A stretch of DNA of 64,000 bases from Myxococcota bacterium (lineage in GTDB: Bacteria; Myxococcota_A; SURF-8): assembly GCA_965140415.1 (NCBI GenBank), contig OZ223209.1:2688001-2752000 (forward strand). The letters are read 5' to 3'. A program made the translations under genes and the position numbers. The notes below the pieces were generated by a model that worked only from the letters and a program-made list of their open reading frames with translations, was not told the DNA's origin and did not search any database. Positions 21,601-31,792 of the stretch are shown here, piece by piece (within the stretch, counting starts at the first letter, position 1; every line of letters begins with the position of its first letter).

Positions 21601-22581
21601 AAGGTTGCTTTTCGGCTGGGTGATGGCATGATTCCCCTGGTTTCCGGGCAATTGGCGCTAAACGGGACTCCTTGGCCGATGTCGCTTTCCGGAAATGTGA
21701 CGATCGATGAACTGAACTACACCAAGTCTTTCAACTTGACGCGCACTCTCTTTTTGGATCGTGTTGAAGATCTCATACGACCCAAGAAAAAGAGAATGCT
21801 GGCGAATCAAAAGCCGTATTTAAAGTATAATATCGGAATTCGTGGGAATCGGACCATTCGAATTCGTAACAACCTGGCGGATATCCGATTGACGGCGGAT
21901 CTGAGATTGGTCGGTACGGACGTTCGGACCGGTTTGCTCAATACGCTTTCTGCGGATCGGGGATTGATCTTTTTTCAACGAAACGAATTCGATATCGTTC
22001 GGTTCATGATTGAGTTCGTGGAAAAGGACCAAGTTTATCCCGTTTGGGACATTCTTGCGGAAACGTCCGTGGATTACATCGATGATGATAAAGAAAAGCT
22101 TGTGAACATTACATTGCATGTAAAAGGGAATCTGGACGAGCCGGAAATCTCGTTGGAATCCGATGCCGGGCTAACTCGCGACGATATCATTTCTCTGTTA
22201 TTGATCGGGCAGCCCATGAGCAAGTTGCAGGAAGAGAGCAGTGTCGCTACCGGCTTAAATGCACTGTCGGATATATACGGTGTCAATGACACCATCAAAT
22301 CACAGTTCAAACTCGATGAATTCCGGTTGACCTCTGAATTCGACAACGCGAATTCAACCAGCGGAATAATCGTTCCGAAACTGGTGATCGGAAAGGAAGT
22401 TGCGGATAACATCTATCTTAGTTTTTCTACAACGATTGGTGAGCAGGAGACGAATGGAGAGCAACAATTCGAAATAAAGTACAGGCTGAAATACTTTACC
22501 TTATCGGGTGCTTGGGATAATAATTCCGTGCAGGCTTGGGGGAACTTCGGAGCGGATTTGAAGTTCCATTTAGACTTTTAA
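18616..22581 (+). CDS. tamB: Translocation and assembly module TamB
   Basis: N-terminal TM anchor, long beta-rich body, C-terminal TamB domain (LESDAGLTRDDIISLLLIG); adjacent to Omp85 gene. Confidence 0.85.
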   Translation: MMREKRKIRIPGKIGQVNRRRLVVGIVFSAFLVCVAFTSILWSLTNRFGSEIAVGVANRLISKVGYGPIIRADVSLDIWDSSLTLSNVHLDFPQRGSVEADRLTVTLQPLQLFYNRLIIQRIDLLHPRVHWNLLAKRDVFNTKVGSSASDLAFDIIVKKIDLRRGEVLLESGGEDPSVLTDIRLSASYDKAGNDYPFVLESGSGRVATSDLNLPVNLFRVSGRGSERGVAVHSLKVFLPEMELEANGSLDGMNSKTGTFQANLNIPLEKVSEAIPSIPKLKGNAEVALSFDGGVDHPELKGTIKLADGWIETFRLEDIELAFDVNRMRAHLNGSVCHFAQGVVTLEQAELRFEEGYPIDIRAKLDNVELGHVLSNVTDLHSKVMQWQTGTAFMSGKLVPFKMQGRAKLDVRGHQVKDVGYRKWPKGMDIVGVNSAKVDVGLFVDDSCFEIQKGTAKFGNTVVDVNVVHFGFDSIFHMDYSSTQFDMSDLETLLELPVQGQGSLSCIIHGPSDDPTITAWVDMEDFGIADYRLGHTKMDVWYYDEVLKLSNATIRKGIKSVYHASMGFDFKREGPYTWVNAATENLDIQDLLDVIGRKDDLGGILEGRITGAGSLSGPLGRFSGEARLVLPEFTTHQQSFDTARADFRLEQNDLLIKKLELRKGSGLINVSGQIKDLDQLDLRFQSKRMSISDLDVLSFLFGDAAKGETEFSGSVRGTRANTIVQAQLLIDEMQIGKELFEPSEIHAEWTAQYLDLDAIFFNRKLKASALFSFDQHQQVQIEAKASDFRYGFLLSKLLDLTVEDGSVSGSLSGTIPLKHPEKTTGTVQIENVTGTYRSIPLKNKSRATLNLANGVFRLDPVDIIGKDISMEVRGDIDLNGNLDLIFNGESDWRQLVELNDLLENGQGPVSLSFNLGGQWENLQLSGQASFRRSTLKIKDVDPLYNLRGTIQVNGDQLALDRVSFRYLGGTVSINGNVFASINDGSLKRTDLFLNLDKVAFRLGDGMIPLVSGQLALNGTPWPMSLSGNVTIDELNYTKSFNLTRTLFLDRVEDLIRPKKKRMLANQKPYLKYNIGIRGNRTIRIRNNLADIRLTADLRLVGTDVRTGLLNTLSADRGLIFFQRNEFDIVRFMIEFVEKDQVYPVWDILAETSVDYIDDDKEKLVNITLHVKGNLDEPEISLESDAGLTRDDIISLLLIGQPMSKLQEESSVATGLNALSDIYGVNDTIKSQFKLDEFRLTSEFDNANSTSGIIVPKLVIGKEVADNIYLSFSTTIGEQETNGEQQFEIKYRLKYFTLSGAWDNNSVQAWGNFGADLKFHLDF

Positions 22582-22593
22582 CATGCACGGCGA

Positions 22594-25500
22594 TTGTTCA
22601 TGAGGTATCTCTGTAACTCAACGACAATTCCTGGTAACTGGAAAATCACGCTGATTGCTTTGATTGGCTGTATCGCTTGGGTTTTGCCTTGGTATGGTTT
22701 CTCCGCAGAACGGATCGTGAGCGAAATCATACTGGACCGTCCTGGGGATGCGAACGAACCAGACTTTCTGGAAGAGATTGCCGAAATTGAGAAGTCGCTT
22801 TCGATCGAGCCTGGTGATCCCTTTTCGGCTGAAAATGTGCAAGAGCAGACTCGTAGTTTGTTTCAAAGCGGCATGTTTTCCCAGATCCGGGTATATTCCG
22901 ATGAAAAGGACGGATCCGTTTCTCTGCGCTTCTTTCTGATCCCTAAAACACATATCGAGCAAATAATCTTTTCCGGAAATGAGACTTTGGACGATTCCGA
23001 ATTGTTGCGTGCTATTCGGTTACGTGTTGGGGAATATGTTTTTCCAGATGATCTGAATCCGGCAAGTTATCGTCTGGAATCGGCATACCGCCGACGAGGA
23101 TTTACGCGCGCTTTCATTCGGGCGCAATTGGTTCCGACTTCGCGACCCTATCGTAGCGTGTTGCGCTTCGATGTGACCGAGGGGCGACCGGTGCGCGTAC
23201 AAAGTATCCGGTTTACGGGAGACACAATATTCAAGATCAGAAAGTTAAAGCGAGCGTTCGGCATCAAGCCGGGGGATCGGGTCGATTTGCCTGGAATCCT
23301 TGATGAAATTAAAAAGTTACGCGATCTGTACCGTAGCAAAGGTTTTGAAGAAGCACGATTCGAATTATTGGATGCGGACGAAGAGCGCTGGAGGGAGTCC
23401 ATACTTTTCAATCAGGGAATCCTGAAAATTAATATCGAAGCCGGTGATCGGATCCGGCTGCATTTTCGTGGAAACCGATTATTTAGCGATGACGAACTGC
23501 AACGTATCCTGAAACTGGACGAGCAGGATATCTTTTCTTACAACTATTCAACATTGGATAAAATCAAACTAGGCCTGATCGACTTTTATCAGCGAGAAGG
23601 CTATCTGCATGTGGATGTGTCGGTTGCGGTAAGCAAGAAACTACGGCGAAAAAATATTTATTTTCGAATTCGTGAAGGAAAACGGGTCAAGTTGCGGGAA
23701 GTCCTTTTTGCTGGCAATGATACGCTTGCCAGTCGTGATCTACGCAAAGAGCTGTTTGCCGTCGTTCGTGAACGTCTGACTCGCGATGAGGAATGGGAAA
23801 AGAGATTCGAACAGCGTTTCGCCAGCCCGAATGGCCGTTCTACCTATCGTATGGAGAATGATGCTCGCCGTTATGGTCGCTGGAGCGTCCCCGCTTACGA
23901 TCGCCCAGAACCTCTGGATTCCGATCAGGTTTACGTGCCGAATGTGTATGAAGAAGGACGCCTCGCTCTCGTTCAATTATATCGGGAAAACGGGTTTATA
24001 TCCTGTGAAATTGGAGAACCACAGCTTTGCTTCAATGATACGGGGCAACGGTTGACATTGACTTTTCCTGTCGAAGAAGGTCCGCAAACGATTATTCGTT
24101 CCATCACTGTGGTTGGAGAAAAGGTAAAAAGTGAGAGCGAGATTATCAAAATCAGCGGGTTTGCGTTAGATGCTCCACTTAATGACCTGGCATTCGAAGA
24201 AATCACCAGAACCTTGAAGCGGGCTTATGCGCAGGACGGTTATATCTACGCCATTATCGATATCAGCTATACCCTGACGAAGAACCGGATGGGAGCCCAG
24301 TTGCTGATCGGTATCAGCGAAGGTCCGCAGGTGCGCGTTGGTGATGTTCTGATAGCGGGAAACGTAGTTACAAAACGAAAGACGATTTTACAGGAACTGA
24401 CGTTTGAGAGTGGTGATGTATACCGACCTGATGAAGTCAAGGAAAGCCAGAAATGGTTGCAGCGTTTGGGAATATTCCAGGCTCTGACTTTAAAACCCTG
24501 GAATCCTGAAAAAGAAGAGGCCGTAAAGAAGGTGCTTCTTTCTGTAAAGGAGCGCAATCCAGGCCGCTTTGAGTTTTCCGCTGGCTTGGCTACGGACGAA
24601 GGCGTACGTCTGGGCTTTCTCTTCATCTATCGCAACCTTTTCGGCAGCGCGTTAGAGTATCGCATGAGAGGGAAGGTCAACTACAGAATTCCGCCTTTAC
24701 TGGATGATGAATTTGAAAAGCTATACAACGAACTGTCATTTTTAAATGCCCTGGAAAGAGAGGCTTCGGTCGGTTTCTATTGGCCTTCCATTCTTGGATC
24801 GCACGTTGGGTTTCGTACCGATGTCGTACATTTGCGCAGGCAGGAGCGCGCGTATGGACTGGACAAGAACTCGATACAAATCGGTTTCGATACGGAATAC
24901 ATTCCCTACCTGAAATTGGCGTTCCTAAACGAATTTGGTTATGTCAACAGTGAGAAAACGACGCTGAAAGCTATTTGGGAAAATGAATTCGTGCCCGAAA
25001 ATCAGCGTGGTTGGGAATATTCTCCAAAATTGCAGTTGATTTTCGACTATCGAGATAATGTGTTCGATCCTACATATGGGATCGTGATCAATGCCCTGGG
25101 GGAATATTTCGAGGCATTCGAGACCGACAATGATGTTGATTTGGTTCGGGTTTCCGGTTCGGTCGCCGGTTATATTCCGATCCCCGGTCCTAGGCATCCG
25201 ATTGTATTGAAATTCACTGCAAAAAGCGGCGTAATCGAGCGTGTTCACGGTTCCATTACTCCTGTCGATAAAACATTCAAACTTGGAGGGCGAACCTCCT
25301 TGCGAGGCTTTGGCGAAGAAGCCGTTTACCCCTCCGATGGGGCGGACGATCAAATCGAAGAGCCCTCTCAAGGAGGGAACTTTTACCTGCTTTTCAAAAC
25401 CGATTTGCGTATCCCGATTTACAAGAATTACTATCTTGGTGTTTTTAACGATATCGGTGCGTTGTGGCTGAAACCGGATAATATCAGTGGTTCATACAAC

Positions 25501-25644
25501 CAGTACAAGAAAAGCGCCGGTGGAGGATTGCATTATCGAACACCTGTGGGGGATATCAGCCTGGAGGTAGGGTGGAATCTGGATCCCAAGCCAGAGTTAA
25601 AAGAAGATGATTGGCGGCTGCATTTCTCGATCAGCCTGTTTTAG
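22594..25644 (+). CDS. Omp85-family (BamA/TamA) outer-membrane assembly protein
   Basis: Multiple POTRA repeats; FKLGGRTSLRGF; YRTPVG; C-terminal Phe. Confidence 0.9.
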   Translation: MFMRYLCNSTTIPGNWKITLIALIGCIAWVLPWYGFSAERIVSEIILDRPGDANEPDFLEEIAEIEKSLSIEPGDPFSAENVQEQTRSLFQSGMFSQIRVYSDEKDGSVSLRFFLIPKTHIEQIIFSGNETLDDSELLRAIRLRVGEYVFPDDLNPASYRLESAYRRRGFTRAFIRAQLVPTSRPYRSVLRFDVTEGRPVRVQSIRFTGDTIFKIRKLKRAFGIKPGDRVDLPGILDEIKKLRDLYRSKGFEEARFELLDADEERWRESILFNQGILKINIEAGDRIRLHFRGNRLFSDDELQRILKLDEQDIFSYNYSTLDKIKLGLIDFYQREGYLHVDVSVAVSKKLRRKNIYFRIREGKRVKLREVLFAGNDTLASRDLRKELFAVVRERLTRDEEWEKRFEQRFASPNGRSTYRMENDARRYGRWSVPAYDRPEPLDSDQVYVPNVYEEGRLALVQLYRENGFISCEIGEPQLCFNDTGQRLTLTFPVEEGPQTIIRSITVVGEKVKSESEIIKISGFALDAPLNDLAFEEITRTLKRAYAQDGYIYAIIDISYTLTKNRMGAQLLIGISEGPQVRVGDVLIAGNVVTKRKTILQELTFESGDVYRPDEVKESQKWLQRLGIFQALTLKPWNPEKEEAVKKVLLSVKERNPGRFEFSAGLATDEGVRLGFLFIYRNLFGSALEYRMRGKVNYRIPPLLDDEFEKLYNELSFLNALEREASVGFYWPSILGSHVGFRTDVVHLRRQERAYGLDKNSIQIGFDTEYIPYLKLAFLNEFGYVNSEKTTLKAIWENEFVPENQRGWEYSPKLQLIFDYRDNVFDPTYGIVINALGEYFEAFETDNDVDLVRVSGSVAGYIPIPGPRHPIVLKFTAKSGVIERVHGSITPVDKTFKLGGRTSLRGFGEEAVYPSDGADDQIEEPSQGGNFYLLFKTDLRIPIYKNYYLGVFNDIGALWLKPDNISGSYNQYKKSAGGGLHYRTPVGDISLEVGWNLDPKPELKEDDWRLHFSISLF

Positions 25645-25756
25645 CCCTGGACACTCCGATCAATCGCTGTAACAAACGGGAGACATAACTACGGAACCGC
25701 AGCAAGAACAAAATCCTTTAGCAACAAAGCGTCTGGCGAAAGTTTCCGGAAATCCA

Positions 25757-27031
25757 ATGCGCGAGTTATTGGCTTTTTATCTGCCACTCGCTTTGACTCA
25801 CATGATGATGGCCGGAGGAACTCCGATCGTCAATGCAGGGATTACCCGTTTATCAAATCCAACCGAACAATTGGCAGCATTTGCGGTTACCTTTTCGTTG
25901 TCGGTATTGCTGAACAGTTTCTGCTTTGGGATTGAACCCGCCGCAGTCAAATTGATCCGGGGTGGAAGTTCATTCGGACGAGTGATTCGATTTGCTCTGC
26001 TGATCGGTTCCGTTTTAGCAGGGCTAGAGTTGATTGTTGCACTTTCGCCGCTTTCGGAACTTATTTTCGAAGGTTTATTCGGGTTGACTCCATCCGTAGC
26101 GAGGCATTCTGCACATACGCTGCTCGTGTTTTCACCCTTACCGATCCTATTGAGCTTGCGTTCCGTCGCCAAGGGGACTCTTACCGCATCCAATCTGACA
26201 GCCAAAGTGGGGTGGGGGACGTTGTTGCGCTTGACTGCAATGCTGATTATCGTTCTGATCGGGGTTTTGTTTCTTCCTTTGCCTGGTGCGGTGTTGGGTG
26301 GTTTGGCTTTTCTGGGAGGGATTCTGGTCGAATCGGTTTATACAACGAGATTTGCAACCAAGAATCTTCATCGGCTTCCCGGTGATGAAAGCGGTGAGGC
26401 GGGTGAATCCTACCGCAGTATTTTACACTTTTTGCTGCCGATTATTTTGTCTACAGCAATAGGCGTGAGCGTGAACATTTCGACCAATGCGATTCTTTCC
26501 CGAACGCAGGATTCGGTTGTAGCCGTTTCCGCTTTTTCCGTCGTTCGTTCGATCGCCTGGTTTTTGACTTCGGTTTTACTGTCCTACCAGCAATTCGTGA
26601 TCGCCCGTTCTTCAATTGATGAACGTCCCTATGTCTGGCGATTCAGCGCAACTGGCATTGTTGTAATTTCTTCGCTGCTGGGGATTATCGCCTATTCTCC
26701 GGCGGGTGATTTCATTATGACGGTGCTGCTCGGCGTTCGTGGCGATGTGTTGTTATCGGCTAGTTATGGACTGTTATGGATTCCTGTTCTACCGGTCTTA
26801 ATGGGAGCTCGATCCTATTTGCGAGGCACGGCGATTCGAGACAATCATCCGCGAGACGTCTTGTTTTCAAGTACAACTTCGTTGATATTCGGAACCGCCG
26901 TGGGTCTGGTGCTTTGCAAAATCGTTTCGGAAGGTATACTTGCAGGGCTAGCGGTTTGGTACACTGCCACACTGGCAGAAATTGTCGTGATTGCATGGTT
27001 TCGATATTCGAGACGAAAAACGGTATATTAG
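25757..27031 (+). CDS. MATE/MOP-superfamily transporter (ANKH-like)
   Basis: About 12 TMs; FYLPLALT...PIVNAGITR...LAAF repeated in the second half. Confidence 0.7.
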   Translation: MRELLAFYLPLALTHMMMAGGTPIVNAGITRLSNPTEQLAAFAVTFSLSVLLNSFCFGIEPAAVKLIRGGSSFGRVIRFALLIGSVLAGLELIVALSPLSELIFEGLFGLTPSVARHSAHTLLVFSPLPILLSLRSVAKGTLTASNLTAKVGWGTLLRLTAMLIIVLIGVLFLPLPGAVLGGLAFLGGILVESVYTTRFATKNLHRLPGDESGEAGESYRSILHFLLPIILSTAIGVSVNISTNAILSRTQDSVVAVSAFSVVRSIAWFLTSVLLSYQQFVIARSSIDERPYVWRFSATGIVVISSLLGIIAYSPAGDFIMTVLLGVRGDVLLSASYGLLWIPVLPVLMGARSYLRGTAIRDNHPRDVLFSSTTSLIFGTAVGLVLCKIVSEGILAGLAVWYTATLAEIVVIAWFRYSRRKTVY

Positions 27032-27048
27032 CCGGGATGTAGAGACAA

Positions 27049-27080
27049 ACATGGCGGGAACTGTTACTTTCCCGCCATGT
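27049..27080. terminator. Hairpin between convergent genes
   Basis: ACATGGCGGGAA-N8-TTCCCGCCATGT. Confidence 0.75.
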
Positions 27081-27105
27081 GTTATACTCGTCTGAAATCA
27101 GTGGC

Positions 27106-28230
27106 TTAGTCGGCCAGAATTAACCGCTTGAAATTATCCAGGAACCTCTCGTTATCCTCACGCAGACCTGTACTGACACGAATCGCTTTGGGACCGACCG
27201 GACGGACGATCACACCCGCCTTTTGCAGTTCCTTAAAGATGAATTCGCTATCTTTCTGCATGTCGATAAACAGGAAGTTGGTTTGTGAAGGGGGAACTGT
27301 AATCGGAAGATCACGCAAGCCGTCTTGCAGGAAAGCCAACTCCTTGGTATTGAAATCACGAGAACGCGCGACAAACTCATCATCATCCAGAGCGGCCAGG
27401 GCTCCCGCCTGTGCGACAAGGTTGACGTTGAATGGGAAGCGACAGGTCATCATTCCGGCAATGATATCCGCAGGTGCGATTCCATAGCCGCAGCGCACAC
27501 CTGCAAGACCGTAGGCTTTGCTGAATGTACGCAAAATGGCGATGCGGCGACCGGCGTGGAAATGCTTGAAGGGGTCGGGCAGATCGTCCAGGGTTACGTA
27601 CTCGTGATAGGCGTTGTCGTAAATGACCAGGGTGTCTTCTGGAACTTTGTTCATGAACTCGTCAAATTCCGTGCCGGTGAACCAAGTGCCGGTTGGATTG
27701 GTCGGATTGGCGAGAATGACCATTTTTGTGTCGGGAGTAATCAGTTTGGCCATGGCTTCTAGATCATAACGATATCCACCGTCCGTCATGGGGGACAGTT
27801 TGAGATTCGCACCGAATTTCTGTGCTACCAAGGCGTATATGGCGAAGGTTTTCTCCGATGTGACGAAGCCATCTCCGGGCTTTAAAAATGCAATTCCCAT
27901 CTGTTCGATGGCTTCGACTGATCCTGCCAATGCGATCACGTTGTTCAACTCGACATTGAATCGCTTTGCGAGCTTCTGGCGCAGGTAGTAGGAGTTGTCA
28001 TCTGGATAAAGCCAATTATTTTCAATTACGCTTTTCATGGCTTCGATGGCTTTTGGTGACGTTCCAAGCGGGTTTTCATTCGAGGCGAGTTTGGCGATTC
28101 GTCCACTTAGTCCGAGTTCCCGCTTGACTTCCTCAATAGGCTTTCCAGCAACGTAGGGCTTGAAAGATCGTAACTCTTCTCTCAACAGGTTTCGCGGTGA
28201 CATCTGCCAGATCCTTTCATCAATAGGCAT
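27106..28230 (-). CDS. hisC: Histidinol-phosphate aminotransferase
   Basis: KLASNENPLG, NPTNPTG, DNAY, RTFSKAYGLAGVRCG. Confidence 0.93.
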   Translation of the reverse strand: MPIDERIWQMSPRNLLREELRSFKPYVAGKPIEEVKRELGLSGRIAKLASNENPLGTSPKAIEAMKSVIENNWLYPDDNSYYLRQKLAKRFNVELNNVIALAGSVEAIEQMGIAFLKPGDGFVTSEKTFAIYALVAQKFGANLKLSPMTDGGYRYDLEAMAKLITPDTKMVILANPTNPTGTWFTGTEFDEFMNKVPEDTLVIYDNAYHEYVTLDDLPDPFKHFHAGRRIAILRTFSKAYGLAGVRCGYGIAPADIIAGMMTCRFPFNVNLVAQAGALAALDDDEFVARSRDFNTKELAFLQDGLRDLPITVPPSQTNFLFIDMQKDSEFIFKELQKAGVIVRPVGPKAIRVSTGLREDNERFLDNFKRLILAD

Positions 28231-28550
28231 AAGAACAATCGCCCAGTGTGGCAGCAGGTTTTATAACGCACTCTTTTCTTGGGGTCAAGCACTGCTTGGA
28301 GCCATAAATGTTGTTCAATTCGAAGTTTGAAATTTCATAACAGTTACGTTAATTTATCGATTTGTGCTTTTTGGGAGATGCTACAATAAAGTCCAGAAAA
28401 TAGGTTGTCGATGATCGCGTTAATACGGTGATAGGTTGGCCGAAATCCAAGGCACTAGAAGCAAACCGCGATGGGGCGCACCATAAACTATTGAAGATTA
28501 CCAGTTTATGGTATAAGTACGACAAACGAAGCGCGTTATAGGCAGGAGGG

Positions 28551-30125
28551 ATGGATATGGAATGTTGCGCACTGATTATGGCCGGAGGGCACGGAACCCG
28601 CTTCTGGCCTTGGAGCAGCGAGTTGTTACCGAAGCAGTTTCTGCCCATCGCTCATACAGACCGCTCGCTATTGCAGCAAACCTATCGGAGGGTTAAGAAA
28701 CTTGCCGATCCTGCAAGAATACTGGTTCTAACCAACCAAGAGTATACGGCCATAGTACGTACCCAACTCCCTGAACTTCCTTTGGAAAACGTTATTGGTG
28801 AGCCATTGCTGCGTGATACGGCGGCGGCAGTTGGCCTGGGAACGATTCTGGCCGCCAAGCGCTGGCCGGATGCCATTCAGATCATCCTACCTGCCGATCA
28901 CGATATTTCTCCTGAAAGCCGATTTCGAGAGGTGGTGTTAGCTGCCGCAGAAGCCGCGAAGCAGGATCGTCGCCTTTACACGATCGGGATTCGCCCAACT
29001 CGTCCTTCTTCCGCTTACGGTTACCTGAAACGCGGAGAAAAGCTTGAGGCGCAAGAAGGAATCGTTCGTGCACAGGTGGACGCATTCGTAGAAAAGCCGG
29101 ATGTCCATACCGCTCGTCAATATTTGAAAAGTGGGAACTACTATTGGAATGCAGGAATGTTCATTTGGCGAGCAGATGCCGCTCGCGATGCGTTTGCGCG
29201 CAGATTGCCGGAGCATGCTCGTCTGTTGCCGGAGGTGCTGGAAACATTTACCGTTCCGGATTTCGACAAGCGTCTGCACGATGTGTTTTTACGTTTGCCG
29301 CGCATCTCTGTCGATTACGGTGTGATGCAGGCTGAAGGTGAAGCCGGCAACGTGCGCACGGTAGAAGGCGATTTCAATTGGAGCGACCTAGGTGGTTGGC
29401 AGGCATTTTCCGAGACGCTTCAAGCGGACACGCACAATAATCGTGTTTACGGCAACGGCTTCGATTGGAATGGTAACGACTGGCAGAATCAGTGTCAACC
29501 GAGAGAACAACGAAAAGATGACAAGGATGAAGATCTGACTTTGGGTGACGTGCTGACTATGGAGTCGAACAACAATCTCGTCTTCAACAATCGACGCGGA
29601 CACCGAATTGCGTTATTTGGTGTAGATGATCTGGCCGTCGTACACACCCATGCCGTTACACTGATCACCACGCGAGAAAAAGCGGAAGCCATCAAACCCC
29701 TGGTAAATGCGATGCCGCCGGAGGAGAAATCGGGCGGGATGATCAAACCGCAAAAAGTGACCAAGCCCTGGGGCTGGGAGTTATGGTGGGGATGGAGTGA
29801 CGACTTTGCAGGGAAAACACTTTTCCTGAAAGCAGGTAAGCGCTTCAGTAAACAATACCATGTGGTGAAAGAGGAAGTTATCTACCTACATCAGGGAACG
29901 GCAAAATTGACGACTGCGGCACGTGGCGAAGAACTGACTACCATCGAAATGCAGGCTGGAGATGCCGTGCACGTTGAACCGGGCCGAATTCATCGCATCG
30001 AAGCCGTTACGGACTGTCTCTTGTTCGAGTCCAGTACTCCATTTTTATGGGATGTTGTGCGCATGTCGGACGATTTCGGGCGCGAAGGCACTCGCCAAGC
30101 AGAAATTGATACGCAGGAAGATTAG
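28551..30125 (+). CDS. manC: Mannose-1-phosphate guanylyltransferase with C-terminal cupin
   Basis: MAGGHGTRFWP...PKQF, FVEKP, WNAGMF, WSDLGGW; cupin KPWG...QYH. Confidence 0.9.
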   Translation: MDMECCALIMAGGHGTRFWPWSSELLPKQFLPIAHTDRSLLQQTYRRVKKLADPARILVLTNQEYTAIVRTQLPELPLENVIGEPLLRDTAAAVGLGTILAAKRWPDAIQIILPADHDISPESRFREVVLAAAEAAKQDRRLYTIGIRPTRPSSAYGYLKRGEKLEAQEGIVRAQVDAFVEKPDVHTARQYLKSGNYYWNAGMFIWRADAARDAFARRLPEHARLLPEVLETFTVPDFDKRLHDVFLRLPRISVDYGVMQAEGEAGNVRTVEGDFNWSDLGGWQAFSETLQADTHNNRVYGNGFDWNGNDWQNQCQPREQRKDDKDEDLTLGDVLTMESNNNLVFNNRRGHRIALFGVDDLAVVHTHAVTLITTREKAEAIKPLVNAMPPEEKSGGMIKPQKVTKPWGWELWWGWSDDFAGKTLFLKAGKRFSKQYHVVKEEVIYLHQGTAKLTTAARGEELTTIEMQAGDAVHVEPGRIHRIEAVTDCLLFESSTPFLWDVVRMSDDFGREGTRQAEIDTQED

Positions 30126-30135
30126 ATCTCCTGCA

Positions 30136-30660
30136 TTAAAGTTCCGATTCCATTTCCCGTTCGACATCGAACGGACTTGTAAATTTGAAGCCGCAGATTT
30201 GATATACTCTCATTGCACGATGGTTGGTGGAATCTACCGTCAACCATATTTTCTCGTATCCTATAAGAGATGCTATTTCCTTGATCAATTTTGTGAGTTG
30301 CGTACCGATTCCACGGTTTTGCCAGTCTTGATGGACCATTACTTCATATTCACAACGGATTTTCGGATCGATATCGATCAGGCAGGCATGTCCAACAACC
30401 TTGTCATTAACCAATGCCATGACATTGATCGACTCCCGCAGTATCTTTGATACCCATTGCTGACGTTTTTCCACTGCTGCCGGAGGCAAGCCCTGCGCGC
30501 TCTCTTTCGGCTCGAACTCATCATACATGGTCAGTATTTCCGCATACTCATGCTCATCGCATGGTCGCAGTTCAACCAAGGCTCCAATCTTGTCTTGAAC
30601 GTTCCGAATAAAACGTTCGTTGTTGAAAATTTGTTCCAGATCCAACCGCTGTAACATCAA
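30136..30660 (-). CDS. GNAT N-acetyltransferase
   Basis: VHQDWQNRGIGT; N..A..VY...GF. Confidence 0.88.
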   Translation of the reverse strand: MMLQRLDLEQIFNNERFIRNVQDKIGALVELRPCDEHEYAEILTMYDEFEPKESAQGLPPAAVEKRQQWVSKILRESINVMALVNDKVVGHACLIDIDPKIRCEYEVMVHQDWQNRGIGTQLTKLIKEIASLIGYEKIWLTVDSTNHRAMRVYQICGFKFTSPFDVEREMESEL

Positions 30661-30793
30661 CTTGCTCCTCTCACTCGAATGACAACACCGGAACGCTTTG
30701 ATTCTACAATAACTTGCCTAAAAGTATGCTATATCTTTATGATGTGATGGTCGGATTCATGACGGACGAGTCACGAAGGATTATAGAAGAAGA

Positions 30794-31711
30794 ATGGCAA
30801 GGCAATCCAAACGAATTCATCCAGATCTCTTTTCCTTACGTAATTTTCGGCGCATTTTTCCGGATCAAAGTCAATTACTGCCTAGCGCACAAGATTTTGA
30901 GGATCTGCTCTCTGCTGATCATCAGGCTCGTTTGTTGCTCGGTCATTACAGTATGGAAAAAATATCCGAGCGTTTGGAACACTATGGCGTATTAGCGAAA
31001 CTAAAAGAAGAGGGGTTCGAAAAGATACTGGTTCGCTTGAATATGACCGACCCGGAACGACAACAGGTAATTATTTATTATGATCGTGTCAGCGTAGACA
31101 ACATCCTGGGTGAAATTTATTTGCATGATGGTATTTTCAGACCGCGGGCGTTGTTCATCGACAAGCAGTTGAAAAAGCGGCACTACATGCTTTATATCCA
31201 GTGGCTTACCATGCAGAACCCCACGTGTTCCTTTTCTCTTTCTCGCCCGGCGCTTCCCGGTCAACAGCATCCGGGGTTGAAAATCGGACATGAAGTCATG
31301 CATCTGCTGATCGCACTTGCCGAACGGTTGAAAATGTCCGGTATCATCAACATTCCGGAGTTTCCGCATGCTGCGGTGTTGTACTCCAGGCGCTTCCGCT
31401 TTTTCAATCCGCATGCGGAAGGACAATTACGGGCGCTACGTCGCGACTTCGTCAGCCGGAGCCTTTCCGAAACCAGTTGGGGAATCATGCTCAACTGTGT
31501 CCGCGAGGTATCCAGCGGAAAGCCATTTACCTGGTTTAAAGAAGAACAGGTTTTACCATTGGATAAGGAGTGGAACGAGTATTTTAAAAGCACGAAATAT
31601 CAGACTGCAATGCGGGCTACCTATCAGAAATCGCGTTTCTATTTCGATGAACAGTTGTTCTGTGAGATAAATCCGGTTGATGAAACAGGTGCTCCACGCA
31701 TCAGCCTGTAA
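30794..31711 (+). CDS. Conserved hypothetical protein resembling the C-terminal domain of some deacetylase-family proteins
   Basis: IQWLTMQNP...RPALPGQQHPGL motif (family assignment from recall). Confidence 0.5.
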   Translation: MARQSKRIHPDLFSLRNFRRIFPDQSQLLPSAQDFEDLLSADHQARLLLGHYSMEKISERLEHYGVLAKLKEEGFEKILVRLNMTDPERQQVIIYYDRVSVDNILGEIYLHDGIFRPRALFIDKQLKKRHYMLYIQWLTMQNPTCSFSLSRPALPGQQHPGLKIGHEVMHLLIALAERLKMSGIINIPEFPHAAVLYSRRFRFFNPHAEGQLRALRRDFVSRSLSETSWGIMLNCVREVSSGKPFTWFKEEQVLPLDKEWNEYFKSTKYQTAMRATYQKSRFYFDEQLFCEINPVDETGAPRISL

Positions 31712-31792
31712 CCGATATCCTAAGAATCACGACTAGTGCCAAGTACTATTCACCCGTTGGGCTATGACTTAAAGTTTTTCTTGAAAAAAGCT

